A model generated the notes under the pieces. That model made no database searches. It had not been told where the DNA came from and worked only from the letters and a program-made list of their open reading frames with translations. This document shows, in pieces, positions 1 to 12,220 of a stretch of 64,000 nucleotides of DNA. Every line of letters begins with the position of its first letter. Within the stretch, counting starts at the first letter, position 1. This DNA comes from Octopus vulgaris (taxonomy: Eukaryota), in NCBI GenBank assembly GCA_951406725.2, contig OX597816.1:164300001-164364000 (forward strand), written 5' to 3'. Made by a program: the position numbers and the translations under genes.

Positions 1-52
1 ACCATGCACGAAATTAAAAATGTAAAATGGCAACAATTTACTCTTCACACCC

Positions 53-83
<31 letters not shown>

Positions 84-359
84 GCATGATGATAATGTAT
101 GTGTACCTAGAAATTCTGCAACAAATTCTGTGTGACCCATGCAAGCATGGAAATCTGGACATTAAACCATGGTGATAATACACACATGCCTGTCTACATA
201 TATACACATATGCATCCATACACACACACAGACACACCAGGGTTATATAACCCATTTCACTTGCTGATTATAAAAACATGTTTGTATGTGCATGTGTATA
301 CATACATTATCATCATGGGCCATTTTTGCTTCCCAGAAAGATTGATAAATCTTCATACA

Positions 360-1745
360 TGGTGATGATAGTTCTTCTGTCAACACCATCATATCCCTTG
401 GAGAAATTCACAATCATAAGCTTTGTGCTTGAAGAATCTGTGTATGATTCTTTGCAGGGCAAGGATCTGTGATAGTGTTGATCTGCCTCTGAAGGAGCCG
501 TTTTACTGATGGGATCAGTATCAGGAGAATTTCCATTATGGAGCATAGGGTTGTAGATCTTTGAGGCTAAAGGTGAGGGTGTAGTTCCTCTTTAGTTGTG
601 AGGATCACCCTTCTTTGGCAGTGGAATATTTGAAGACTTCGAAGAGTTTTGTTACAGAAATCCTGGAGATAATTTCTAATAGACTTAGATTGATGTTTCT
701 GCACTGCTTTCTTCAGATCCACTATGATCCTTATCTTTTCATTGTTTCTTCTTAGAGAATAATTCCAATGCTATTACTTCATAGGCATTGGTTGTCAGCA
801 ATGGCACTGCTATTCTTCTTCTAAAGCCTGTCATGAACCTGTTGCACACTGCAACTGTAAACCTCTACGACTTTTCCCCAAATGGATTTATTCCATAGAC
901 TACCAGGTTAGAACTTTGTTCTTGTGGTAACTTAATTGGCTTTAACAAGAAACAATCTTCTGATCAGATTTGAAATGCTCAAACCCGTTGCAGGCACCCA
1001 AAGTTTTGACCCTATTATTTCACTCCTTTCTTGTTGAGATGTTGTTCAGTTGAAGAAGGCTACTCAGAGCTTAACTACATTTCTGAATCCTTGTATTAGT
1101 TGCAATAAAGTTGTATTGTTCCATGCAGTGTTTCTTGGGTTTGCCAATTCTACTGTTGTTTTTGTTGAACTGAAGAATAAATCTGTTGGCTGCATAGCCC
1201 CACTAATTAAATGAAGGGTGTGCTAAATATGGTTCCACATGGAATAGCTCAATATCTACTTCTGGGAGTTAGCATTGTTGACTGTAGCAGCAGAGAACAA
1301 TGGCTGCTTAGTTACACCCTGCAGAGTCACTCTCATGACCTACTCAGTACATTTTTCAATATTGATCCAGTGGCACCTGTGTAGGTGGCACGAAAAAATT
1401 ACCATTCGAGCATGGTCGATGCCATTACTGCCTGATTGGTCCCTGTGCCAGTATCACATAAAAAGCACCCACTACACTCTGTGTGGTTGGTGTTAGGAAG
1501 GGCATCCAGCTGTAGAAACTTTGCCAGATCAGATTGAAGCCTGGTGCAGCCTCCTGGTTTGCCAGTCCTTAGCAGAAGAGGTTTGTGTTCTTGTGTTGGA
1601 CATACTGACACAAAAGGGATCTCTTGTGTTGGACACATGTGAGTGCACTATCTTTGTTTATGTTAGGATTGTATGGTCCATGAGGATTTAGGAGCATCTT
1701 GTCATTCTTTAGGGAAACCAAAGTTGATTCAGAAAGTAGTCAGTT
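360..1745 (-). mobile_element. Decayed RTE-like LINE (APE endonuclease + N-terminal RT), interrupted by a SINE
   Basis: Manual minus-strand translation across stops/frameshifts: VCPTQEH (QE motif), VMRVTLQG..CCYS, NFIATNTRIQK, FKSDQKIVS (SDH-like), then NIPLPKKGDPHN*RG..SPLASKIYNPML, QNGSFRGRSTLSQILALQRII, VNFSKGYDGVDR (DFxKAFDxVDR-like). Confidence 0.85.
1370..1570 (+). mobile_element. SINE family D fragment nested in the LINE
   Basis: Shares AAAAGCACCCACTACACTC..GTTAGGAAGGGCATCCAGCTGTAGAAAC..CCAGATCAGA..AGCCTGGTGCAGCC with the inverted copy at 10996-11238. Confidence 0.8.
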
Positions 1746-1766
1746 AGAACTAGCCCCTTACTTTTT

Positions 1767-2512
1767 GGCAGTGAGCTGGCAGAAACGTTAGCACACCGGG
1801 TGAAATGCGTAGCCATATTTCGTCTGCCGTTAGGTTCTGAGTTCAAATTCCGGCGAGGTCGACTTTGCCCTTCATCCTTTCGGGGTCAATTAAATAAGTA
1901 CCAGTTACGCACTGGGTTCAATATAATCGACTTAATCCGTTTGTCTGTCCTTGTTTGTCCTCTCTGTGTTTAGCCCCTTGTGGGTAGTAAAGAAATAGGT
2001 ATTTCTCCTGTCTTTATGTTCTGAGATCAAATTCTGCTGACTTTGCCCTTCATCCTTTCAGGGTCAATTAAATAAGTACCAGTTACGCACTGGGGTCAAT
2101 ATAATCGACTTAATCCGTTTGTCTGTCCTTGTTTGTCCTCTCTGTGTTTAGCCCCTTGTGGGTAGTAAAGAAATAGGTATTTCTCCTGTCTTTGTTCTGA
2201 GATCAAATTCTGCTGACTTTGCCCTTCATCCTTTCGGGGTCAATTAAATAAGTACCAGTTACGCACTGGGGTCAATATAATCGACTTAATCCGTTTGTCT
2301 GTCCTTGTTTGTCCTCTCTGTGTTTAGCCCCTTGTGGGTAGTAAAGAAATAGGTATTTCTCCTGTCTTTATGTTCTGAGATCAAATTCTGCTGACTTTGC
2401 CTTTCATCCTTTTGGAGGTCAATAAAATAAGTACCAGTTGCATACTGGGGTGGATCTAATCGACTGACCATCTCCCAAAAATTTCGAGTCTTGTGCCTAG
2501 AGTAGAAAAGAA
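1767..2512 (+). mobile_element. SINE family A (tRNA-derived) with internally amplified ~178-bp unit
   Basis: tRNA-like head (GAGCTGGCAGAAACG, GAGTTCAAATTCC); core GACTTTGCC.TTCATCCTTT at 1861, 2039, 2215, 2393; tail CCTAGAGTAGAAAAGAA; degenerate TSD AGAACTAGCCCCTTACTTTTT (1746) / AGAACTGGCCCCCTTACCTTTT (2509). Confidence 0.92.
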
Positions 2513-2865
2513 CTGGCCCCCTTACCTTTTCATGTCCATAACCCAATCAGCAAGATAGCAGCTCCTTTTTCTTCAGGTGTTCCCCTTGCAAGTCAGCAGT
2601 CACCATGTGGTCATAATTGATTAGTGGGACTTGCCTAATTATTTCCTGTTCCTTCTCAAGTTGGATGTTTAATTTGCAAGGTACAATACTGGGTCAGTGC
2701 TGCGAAAAACAGTATCCCATTTTCTAATCTCTCTTTCCTCTTCCCTCCCTCCTATCCATCCGTATCAATGACATAGATAGACATGTGTGTGTATGTGTGT
2801 ACATGTAAAGCAAAAGGGGATTGAATTTTCAGATGTTTATTCGTAATATTATGCTGAAATGAAAT

Positions 2866-2995
<130 letters not shown>

Positions 2996-3282
2996 TATGT
3001 ATATGTTTGTGCATATGCAAACACATACGATTATTTTACCATCATTAAAATAATTGATATTGCCCACAGGGGCACTCAAGCTCAATAAGAAAATTATTTG
3101 AAAAACCCGAGAATTCTCTATTGACAGAGGCTGGCAAAACACACATACGCAGTATAATATAGTGAGTGCATTAGTATACATGGTGTATGTATCGTACATG
3201 TATAAGAATATCCATATCTATCTGAGCGTCTGCTAATACTTTGCATGTACCACGTTCTCGCGTTGTTGTTTTTTTGGGGGGT

Positions 3283-3326
<44 letters not shown>

Positions 3327-3329
<3 letters not shown>

Positions 3330-3703
3330 CATAGTAGCTTGCTTATGAACCACATGGTTCCGGGTTCAGTCCCACTGCGTTGCACCTTGGGCAAGTGTCT
3401 TCTACTATAGCTTCGGGTCGACCAAAGCCTTGTGAGTGGATTTGGTAGACGAAAACTGAAAGAAGCCCGTCGTATATATGTATACATATGTGTGTGTGTG
3501 TCTGTGTTTGTCCCCCCCCCCCCTAATATCACTTGACAACCGATACTGGTGTGTTTACGTCCCCATAACTTAGCGGTTTGGCAAGAGAGACCGATAGAAT
3601 AAGTACTAGGCTTACAAAGAATAAGTCCTGGGGGGGCGATTTGCTCGACTAGAAGGCGGTGCTCCAGCATGGCCACAGTCAAATGACTGAAACGAGTAAA
3701 AGA
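3327..3703 (+). mobile_element. SINE family B (tRNA-derived, CORE-like, internal TA/TG tract)
   Basis: GGGTTCAGTCCC B-box-like motif, ACCTTGGGCAAGTG CORE-like segment, tail CCAGCATGGCC.CAGTCAAATGACTGAAAC..GTAAAAGA; many copies in window. Confidence 0.9.
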
Positions 3704-3779
3704 ATATACATAAATAAAATGTAGTATATAATATAGTAGTATATATATTATATATATAAAGTAGTATATATAGAGTGCA

Positions 3780-4047
3780 TCTCTCTATATATAAACGGCA
3801 GTTTGTCTGTGTGTGTTTCTGTGTGTCTGTTAGGTTGTACCCTCACCCTGACCACGGCTTTCAACCGATTCTGATGAAACTTGACAAATCAGAAACACAA
3901 ACCACAGACTGTCTAGGGGACGCAACTCGACCTTTTTAACTAAAAAAAAATTTACCATTTTTTTTCCATTTTTTGGCTATAACTCGCTAAAAATGCTTTA
4001 TAGTTATTTCCCTTACAAACCCGAGCAACGCCGGGCGATACTGCTAG
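3780..4047 (+). mobile_element. Non-autonomous Helitron (internally deleted copy)
   Basis: 5' TC, subterminal hairpin CCCGAGCAACGCCGGG, 3' CTAG, inserted between A and T without TSD; homologous to 30714-31093. Confidence 0.85.
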
Positions 4048-4183
4048 TATATATATATTACACACACACACAGACACACATATATATGTGATGGTGTCAG
4101 CCTTTCTGGTGACGATGACGTTCGCCTGGGGCTAAATGCAACAGTAACACCCTCACCACCCTGCCCTGTCCCTAGCTGGGGGT

Positions 4184-4231
<48 letters not shown>

Positions 4232-4234
<3 letters not shown>

Positions 4235-4348
4235 CATAGTAGTTTGCTTATGAACCACATGTCCGGGTTCGTCCCGTTCGCGTTGCACCTTGGGCAAAGT
4301 GTCTTACTATAGCTTCGGGTCGACCAAAGCCTTGTGAGTGGATTTGGT
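4232..4348 (+). mobile_element. SINE B 5' fragment, local duplicate of the 3327 copy
   Basis: Same unusual shortened head AGGCATAGTAG.TTGCTTATGAACCACAT and same GGGGGTTA.(TA)n upstream flank. Confidence 0.8.
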
Positions 4349-5378
4349 ATATACTTACATACATAATTATATATGTATACACACACACACACACACACGC
4401 GCGCGTACGTTTCCCAGCATGGACACATCATATCCATCCATATACTACATCTAAGTGTCTTCAATGCACAACGCTTTATATGTTACCTTGAATTAAAGTT
4501 ATGAACTAGTTACAAATTACTGACATGAAATGGAAGCAGCGGAGTTCCCTCTCCACTTCGTCACTCCCGATCGTCCGTTTCGTTCGACGACCAATCTTTT
4601 CATCTATCAATCCCATCTATTTAATCTTCTCTCTCTCTCTCTCTCTCTCTATCCTTTCCGAAATCAGCAGTGGAAGGAAATTTCGCTCATTTATTTATTT
4701 ATTTATTTGTGATATTTTTTGATTTTTTTTTTTTTTTTTTTTTTGGTCTTATATTTTTTTCTTCCTTGGCAATATATATATCTGTTCTTCAAATAAAAAC
4801 CCGCCGTTTACCTTACCTCATTTTAATATGTTAATTATGTAGGCCTTCGAATCTGAAATGTAACGTTGCTTACTGATGTACTATTTATCTATATCGACGA
4901 CTGTGAAGTAGTAGTAGTAGTAGTAGTAGTAGCAGCAGCAGTAGCAGTAGGGAGGTGAGGACGAGAGAGAGAGACAGACAGACAGACAGAGAGATGCTTT
5001 CCAATAAATATATGTAATAAATAAATGGAATATGCTTTAATTTTCGTCATGCTTTTAAACATGTCAAAACAGCAGACATTTTGCAAGGTGCTTCTTTCCC
5101 CCCCCCCCCTCCACCCCTCTCTCTCTCTCTCTCTCTCTCTGCCCCCCCATCCCACCTCTCCCTCTCTCTCTCTCTGCCCCCCCATCCCACCTCTCCCTCT
5201 CTATTATATGTTTGCCTTCGTTCTCTGTTTATGTCTAATTAATTGTAGTGATGTCGATAAAATATTTTTGTTTTTTTTTTTCTTCTCCTTTTCTCTTACC
5301 ATCGTTGACGAAATACACGTACGTGTGTGCTTCTGTGTGTGTTGTTTGTGTATATGTGCGCGTGCATGTATGTGTGTG

Positions 5379-5413
<35 letters not shown>

Positions 5414-5632
5414 GTATGTATATAAATTTGTAAAAATATGTATATTTATATTACTGTTTATAATAACGATTTAAGAGTGTGTATATACATACACACACAC
5501 ACACACTCTCTTTATATTGATACACGCATGTATGTGTATATATATATATATATATGAAATATATATATATGAATATATATATATATTTATATATACACAC
5601 ACATACATGCGCACACATGCGTGTATCAATAT

Positions 5633-5680
<48 letters not shown>

Positions 5681-6469
5681 ATAACTTTTAAGGGTGTATA
5701 TGTGTATGTATGACTATAAATATCTTTGCGTAAGCGTATATATATATTTATAAATATATGTAAAATTATGTATGTATATTCATATAACTGTGTATAACTT
5801 AAGATATATATATGTGTGTGTGTTTAACTGTATAAATATGTTTACGTAAATATATGTACATAATTGCATATATACATGTTAAGAGTATTGAGTTAGTGAT
5901 TTAATTAACATTGTGTGTGTGTGTGTATGTATATATATATATATATATATATACACATACACGCCCACACATGTAAATAAATATACTCTTTAGATTTGTA
6001 TTTGCGTCTTTTTTTTTTTGTATAAGTATTAATTTATATATTTGTCTAGACACACACACACACACACACACACACGTGTGTGTGTGTGTAGCTGAGTGCG
6101 AAGTGTGTTTTAAACATTTCTCAGAAAAATCATATGCGTGAACAATTAATTATACACCGCATTATTTGTTGTAAATGTACTTTCCATCCATTCGGGCAGA
6201 CGCACTCGCGTTCACTTGCACCCGCTCAGGAGATACCAACATAGAATATATCTTGCCATACGCCTGTTTGTCGGTGTCTGATTGTCTATACATATCAATC
6301 TTTAGCTATTTATATATCTATATATATATATAGGTGTGAATGTATGTATATATATATGTGTGTGTATGCGTGTGTAGTTTTATTAAAACACCTTCAGATA
6401 CAAATCTGTTCTTCAAGGTATAACTGTATATACACATATATAGATAGGTGTATATATATTTATTTCTGT

Positions 6470-6760
6470 TATTCATTTCAGTCTAATGACTGTGGCCAGG
6501 CTGGAGTACCGCCTTGAAGAATTTTTAGTCGAATGAATCAACCTCAATATTGTATTAGTTTCTTATTGCTGAACCGCTAAGTCACCGGTTGTCAAGCAGT
6601 GGCAGAAGACGCGCAGGCGCTTGGCTTTTTTCGGGTTCCGCCTATGAAATCTACACAAGGCTATAGGCACTCCGGGGCTAATAGGAGACACTTTCCCAAA
6701 GTACAGGGCAGTGAACTCAGAACCATGTGGTTGAGAAGCAAACTTAACCGCATGCGCATA
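6470..6760 (-). mobile_element. Degenerate SINE B
   Basis: TTTCAGTC..ATGACTGTGGCC, GAACCGCTAAGT, CGGTTGTCAAGC, GAACCATGTGGTTG. Confidence 0.7.
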
Positions 6761-6940
6761 TATATGTACATACACACACACACATGCACTTTACTTCACA
6801 GAATGTTATACACACTTTGCTAATGTAGTCATCGTTATCGGCTTGGACTTTAGGTTCATATATATATATATATATTTAAGAAAATGGTTATAATAACAAT
6901 GGGACACTCGTGGTTTTCGCTGGTATGCCTTTAATTACAC

Positions 6941-6975
<35 letters not shown>

Positions 6976-6989
6976 TAGTTAACGGATTC

Positions 6990-7400
6990 ATTGGAATCTA
7001 GGCCCATCGACACGTAGGACGGCAGAAATGGCTAGGTACAATAACATGAGTTCGTAGTGAGGTCAAGCAACCATGAAGGTATCATGTGTTGGTAAGGATG
7101 CTGTAGATATGTAAGTACCAAATCCAATTTAAACCGTACATACGACTCTGGACTAGTTCTAGATGCGGCGTAGGTCCATTTGTGATCTGGTTTATACACA
7201 CATATGCGGTGTCTAATTGAGACACGTTTGATCTCCCTGCTTCATCTATACTTTCTGCTGAAGAGCGTCGGCTCGAAGCGTTAAAAAATTTCAATTTATA
7301 TGAGCAATAAACCTAACACTCATTTTTTTTCATTTTATTTTTCTGTTTGTGTTTTTTAACACATATATTGGTTGTGTAGGTGTTTCTATTTTGTTTTTTC
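6990..7400 (+). mobile_element. Putative Penelope-like element remnant ending in a hammerhead-like motif
   Basis: 7010-7135 is homologous to 35357-35440 (AGGTATCATGTGTTGGTA..GTAAGTACCAAATCCAATTTAA); followed by CTTT-CTGCTGA-A-GAGC-GTCG-GCTC-GAAGCGTT-AAAA at 7251-7286 and a T-rich tail. PLE class is inference. Confidence 0.5.
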
Positions 7401-7741
7401 TACGAAGAAAAAAAATATTTTGCTTAACAAATTAAAATCGTGTTCACACTGTGAACGAACTTCCATCTCTCTCTTTGTCACTAACGAGGAATTATTTTAT
7501 TATAATAAATCATTCTGCTAAGACAATCACTACTGCTTATTGTGATGTTATTACTAAATTTCAAACGAGTTCGATTATTGAGAAAATCGAAGTGCTTTCA
7601 GGTTAACAGTTGATATTACTGGTATAGTAGTGTGTGTGTGTGTGTGTGTGTGTGGATATATATATAGGTTTAGAAAAATGTTTTAAAATTTCATACGGGT
7701 GGCTAGCATGCTTGATAAAGTCAATAGACAACATATTTTCT

Positions 7742-7884
7742 TATATAATAGTGTACAAACAATTTACGTATTTATACACGAAATAGGTTTAGGCTTTAAC
7801 TACTCTTTCTAGCATGTAAGGTGTCCTGTTAAAGGTTACTTCTTTCGTGTATAAATACGTAAATTGTTTGTACACTATTATATA
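7742..7884. repeat. Perfect 42-bp inverted repeat with 59-bp spacer
   Basis: TATATAATAGTGTACAAACAATTTACGTATTTATACACGAAA (7742-7783) and its exact reverse complement (7843-7884). Confidence 0.95.
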
Positions 7885-8231
7885 TAGATATGATTAGAGA
7901 AGAAATACGATGGTATTTCTTTCGATAATTTTAAAATTTGGTACAAAGTGACTAACTGTCAAAGACAGTAACAGTCAGTCATATATCGATCTCAGTATCT
8001 GATTGTTGTTTTTATTTATTTTTATCATCGTTGGCAGCATTGGCTCGGGAACATGGGGGCGCAAGCGCACCCATTAAAATTTTTGTTGGGGTTAGTGAAA
8101 CCGCTTTGAACCTCCTCCTGAAAAACTTCACCGTGAAAAGGAACGATCGTCCTGTTTTGTTATTTCATGTTGCTTTTATGTTAGCCCTTGTGGCCAATAA
8201 AAGAATAAACTATTATTATTATTATACTTTT

Positions 8232-8620
8232 AAGGTAGCGAGCTGGCAGAAACGTTAGCACGCCGCGCGAAATGCGTAGCCGTATTTCGTGTCGTTACGT
8301 TGTGAGTTCAAATTCCGCCGAGGTTGACTTTGCCTTTCATCCTTTCGGGGTCGACTAATTAAGTACCAGTTACGCACTGGGATCGATGTAATCGACTTAA
8401 TCCATTTGGCTGTCCTTGTTTGTCCCCTCTATGTTTAGCCCCTTGTGGGTAATAAAGAAATAAGCATTTCGTCCATTTTTATGTTCTGAGTTCAAACTCC
8501 ACCGGGGTCGATGAAATAAGCACCAGTTGAGTACTGGGTTCGATGTAATCGATCAATCCCCACCACCCAAAAGAAAAAAAGAATTGCGCCCCTTATGACA
8601 AAATTTGGAACCATTATTAT
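8232..8620 (+). mobile_element. SINE A, dimeric, partly deleted
   Basis: Head, core and second core fragment match other A copies. Confidence 0.85.
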
Positions 8621-9080
8621 CTGTGTTTGTTTTGATATTAAGACAGAAAAAAAAATCGACGTTGCTGTAAAACAATTTTGGATTAGGGTTTGCACCCTCG
8701 AAGCTAATTTCGTCCACGAGCTTATATGGTTAGCAGGACGAAAAGCCAAGACATCCGCGTTTAGGGATTTGAACTCAGAATGTTGAACGCTATGAAGTAA
8801 TGCCGAACAATTTTATTCATTCAGGTACCCTGGCCCTTTCTGTCATCGCTCTCATTAACAAGAAAAACAGTGAGAAAAATAATAATAATAATTTCTCCAT
8901 CTGTCATTCCATTATCGACCTACAGCAGTTTGTTTATCCTGTATTATATATACTATCACACTATCGTATGTCTTCACAGCGGGGCCTAGCAAACATGTTT
9001 AAAAGACGTCTGTCTATCTGTTTGTCAGTCTGTCTGTAATGATGTATGCGTGTAGAAATATGAAATGTAGTTATTGATTT

Positions 9081-9181
<101 letters not shown>

Positions 9182-9251
9182 TACATTGGTTTTCATTTGA
9201 AATATTTAGTATCTATTTCTCGCAATTCATCAATAGACTTTTGATGCTCTC

Positions 9252-9296
<45 letters not shown>

Positions 9297-10311
9297 AAAG
9301 ATTGGAGCTGATTCGTTCGACAAATATTCTTCAAGTCGGTGCCCCAGCTTGGCCGCAGTCTAATGACAAACATAAACAAGGAAATGGTTAGCAATGACCT
9401 CGAAGCTTCACAGTTCTGTTGCCATAACTGTCTGTTGAAGAAAACTGAGCCGAAACTCCGAAGTTACTGTCAACATTTAAAAAATATATATGTGATACTT
9501 TAATTAAAGGTATCGAGCAATCTTTCGACTAATAATTTGACTTAATCACTTTTTAGGAATAGTGAGTCTCGAAGCAACATTATGTCGAAAGATGCTTTGA
9601 CTTTTTGCGCTCAAAAGGAATTTTCAGCCCAATATTTACATATCATTATTTATAGCTTTATCTGATTCGAGATCCATTTAACTTCAAAGCACATATCTAC
9701 TTGGCTCAGTCTACTCGACTGGTAAACAGAAACCAAGTTAATATATATATTTTTTTCTCTCTTTTATTGAGGCAGAGAAACATCGTGAACAGTAATGTGG
9801 TTAGAACTAGTGTCTTATCCACAAGAGATTTTCCTCTCGTCTACTAAACTCTTCAGAAACTGGTTTAATGGTATATACGCACGAACCGTTGCAGTCTTTG
9901 AACAGATTATCATATTCTATGCACCGTCAGATGCATTCTTCATACACGCCTATATATATATATATACACATCTATAAGAATGGTCCTGACTTTACAACAG
10001 AAGGCATTTATTGCCTTAAGCCATCTCATTTTCTATTCCTTTTCTTGGTTTTGTCATCATAACAGTTTATCAACAAGGAACATTGTTTCTTTGATCCGGT
10101 ATAAGTAATATAACAAGATTAAGAGAAAAACAGTACTGCCTCGCCTTTGTTCCGCTTGTTTTGCTTTTCTTTCCTTCCAATCTGATCTGTTTTGGGGTTT
10201 GCTTAGGCATAAGAAAACATTTTCTTTTCGCTAAGAAGTGTATCCTCGATTTTTTACTGACCCTAACACGGTCAGTGTTTATATGACTGGTATCTTAACT
10301 AATTTCGTCAA

Positions 10312-10714
10312 AGGCGGCGAGCGGGCAGAAACGTTAAGCACGCCGGGCGAAATGCTCAGCGGTATTTCGTCTGCCGCTACGTTCTGAGTTCAAATTCCGC
10401 CGAGGTCGACTTTGCCTTTCATCCTTTCGGGATCGATAAATTAAGTACCAGTTACGCACTAGAGTCGATGTAATCGACTTAATCCGTTTGTCTGTCCTTG
10501 TTTGTCCTCTCTGTGTTTAGCCCCTTGTGGGTAGTAAAGAAATAGGTATTTCGTCTGCCGTTACGTTCTGAGTTCAAATTGCCTTTCATCCTTTCGGGGT
10601 CGATAAATTAAGTACCAGTTACGCACTGGAGTCGATGTAATCGACTTAATCCGTTTGTCTGTCCTTGTTTGTCCCATCTGTGTTTAGCCCCTTGTGGGTA
10701 GTAAAGAAATAGGT
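10312..10714 (+). mobile_element. SINE A with duplicated core+middle unit, no tail
   Basis: Two copies of GCCTTTCATCCTTTCGGG..GTAGTAAAGAAATAGGTAT; CpGs intact. Confidence 0.9.
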
Positions 10715-10995
10715 ATCTAATTTCATCATGGCCATTTCGACGTCCACCCTTTCCATGCTAGCATGGGTCCTATGCAGTTTGCTGAGGCAGATTTTCTATG
10801 ATCTGATGCCCCTCTTTTTCACTGCCAACATCCACCTTTTTTCTCCAAGCGAAGAAATATATACCCCATAGCCAGATATTTTGTTTTCAACGGAAAACTG
10901 GAAACGACAAACATCGCTATTATGTGGTGATGTTTAGACAACGGTACACACAAGCATACTCATATAAGCATGAGTTTGGATGTATACTCACACAT

Positions 10996-11238
10996 ATCAT
11001 CATCGTTTAACGTCCGTTTTCCGCGCTAGCACGGGTTGGACGGTTCGACCGGGGTCTGGGAAGCCAGAAGGCTGCACCAGGCTCCAGTCTGATCTGGCAG
11101 AGTTTCTACAGCTGGATGCCCTTCCTAACGCCAACCACTCCGCGAGTGTAGTGGGTGCTTTTTAGGTGCCAGGGGGGCCCGGCATCGGCCATGATCGGTT
11201 GGAGCTTTTAACGTGCCACCGGCACGGAAGCCAGCCAA
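10996..11238 (-). mobile_element. SINE family D
   Basis: Minus strand ends CGGAAAACGGACGTTAAACGATGATG; contains TAGGAAGGGCATCCAGC; degenerate relatives near 10740 and 27810-27940. Confidence 0.8.
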
Positions 11239-12047
11239 ACATATATACATGAAGTTTTTTTTCTTCTAGTTTCTGTATATTAAATTCAAGAAACATACAT
11301 AAACAAAAAATGCATGAACATAAGCAATCTGTGAAACACACGCTCGCACACATAAAAACTCACATATACACATCTATTTTTCATGTTTCAACGAATAGCT
11401 GTTGTATATTTTATGTATGTGTTTATATCTATATTTCTGTTAGTGTACATGTATGTATAGAATTAAAGAAAAAAGAAAAAAAAAAAAAATATATATATAT
11501 ATATATATATGGAAATGGCCGATTTTCATTTTCACTTTGATGATACCATCACCGAAGGATCGCCCTATATGTGTTAATGAACTAAAAACCTTTTTTTTCT
11601 AAAATATTCGCTGTTAAAACTGGGGCGCATCTATTATGTCCATGTCAAACAGGGAATTAATTATTGAACCAGATACAGCTAACAGGGCAGTGACTAAATA
11701 AACACTGCTCTAAAGCCATACCGATTTATTTCAACTCCCTTAAAAAAATATAGGACTAATTAATTTAAATCAAGATTTAAAAAAATAATGGCGGTGCCCC
11801 AGCATGGCCACAGCTCATTAGCTGAAACTGGAAAAATCAAAATCATATACAACTTGCACTGGAATACACCAAGCTTTGTGTATTTATTTCTCGTCCATAG
11901 TTTCAAGTTCGAAATTAAATTCTCATCAAGTTTGTATTTGCATTGCATCTCAGAGGAGAGTGGATGACAACCAGTACCAGTTATATATTCGGCTGCATTC
12001 AACCGACTTATAACCTTATTTACGTAAAAACATTAATGACAATAATA

Positions 12048-12220
12048 GTTTCAAATTTTGCCACAAAGGTAAGAATTTTGTGGGGTGGGACTTATTTTAT
12101 CGACCCCGAAAGGGTGAAAGATGAAGTCGACCTCGGTGGAATTTGAACCCAGAACGTAAGGACGGACGAAATTCCGCTAAGCATTTTGCCCGGCGTGCTA
12201 CCAATTCTTCCACCTCGCCG
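12048..12220 (-). mobile_element. SINE A-related copy
   Basis: TTTATCGACCCCGAAAGG.TGAAAG..AAGTCGACCTCGG.GGAATTTGAAC is the reverse complement of the A core/head. Confidence 0.8.

Noticed and set aside
313-546. ORF as a host exon
   Set aside because: Patchwork of frames of the decayed LINE RT.
960-1000. CNGFEHFKSD as a gag zinc knuckle
   Set aside because: Context fits the SDH region of a LINE endonuclease; CCHC is incomplete.
1861-2460. Regular repeats resembling a CRISPR array
   Set aside because: Whole ~178-bp units repeat with no unique spacers; SINE-derived, eukaryotic context, no cas genes.
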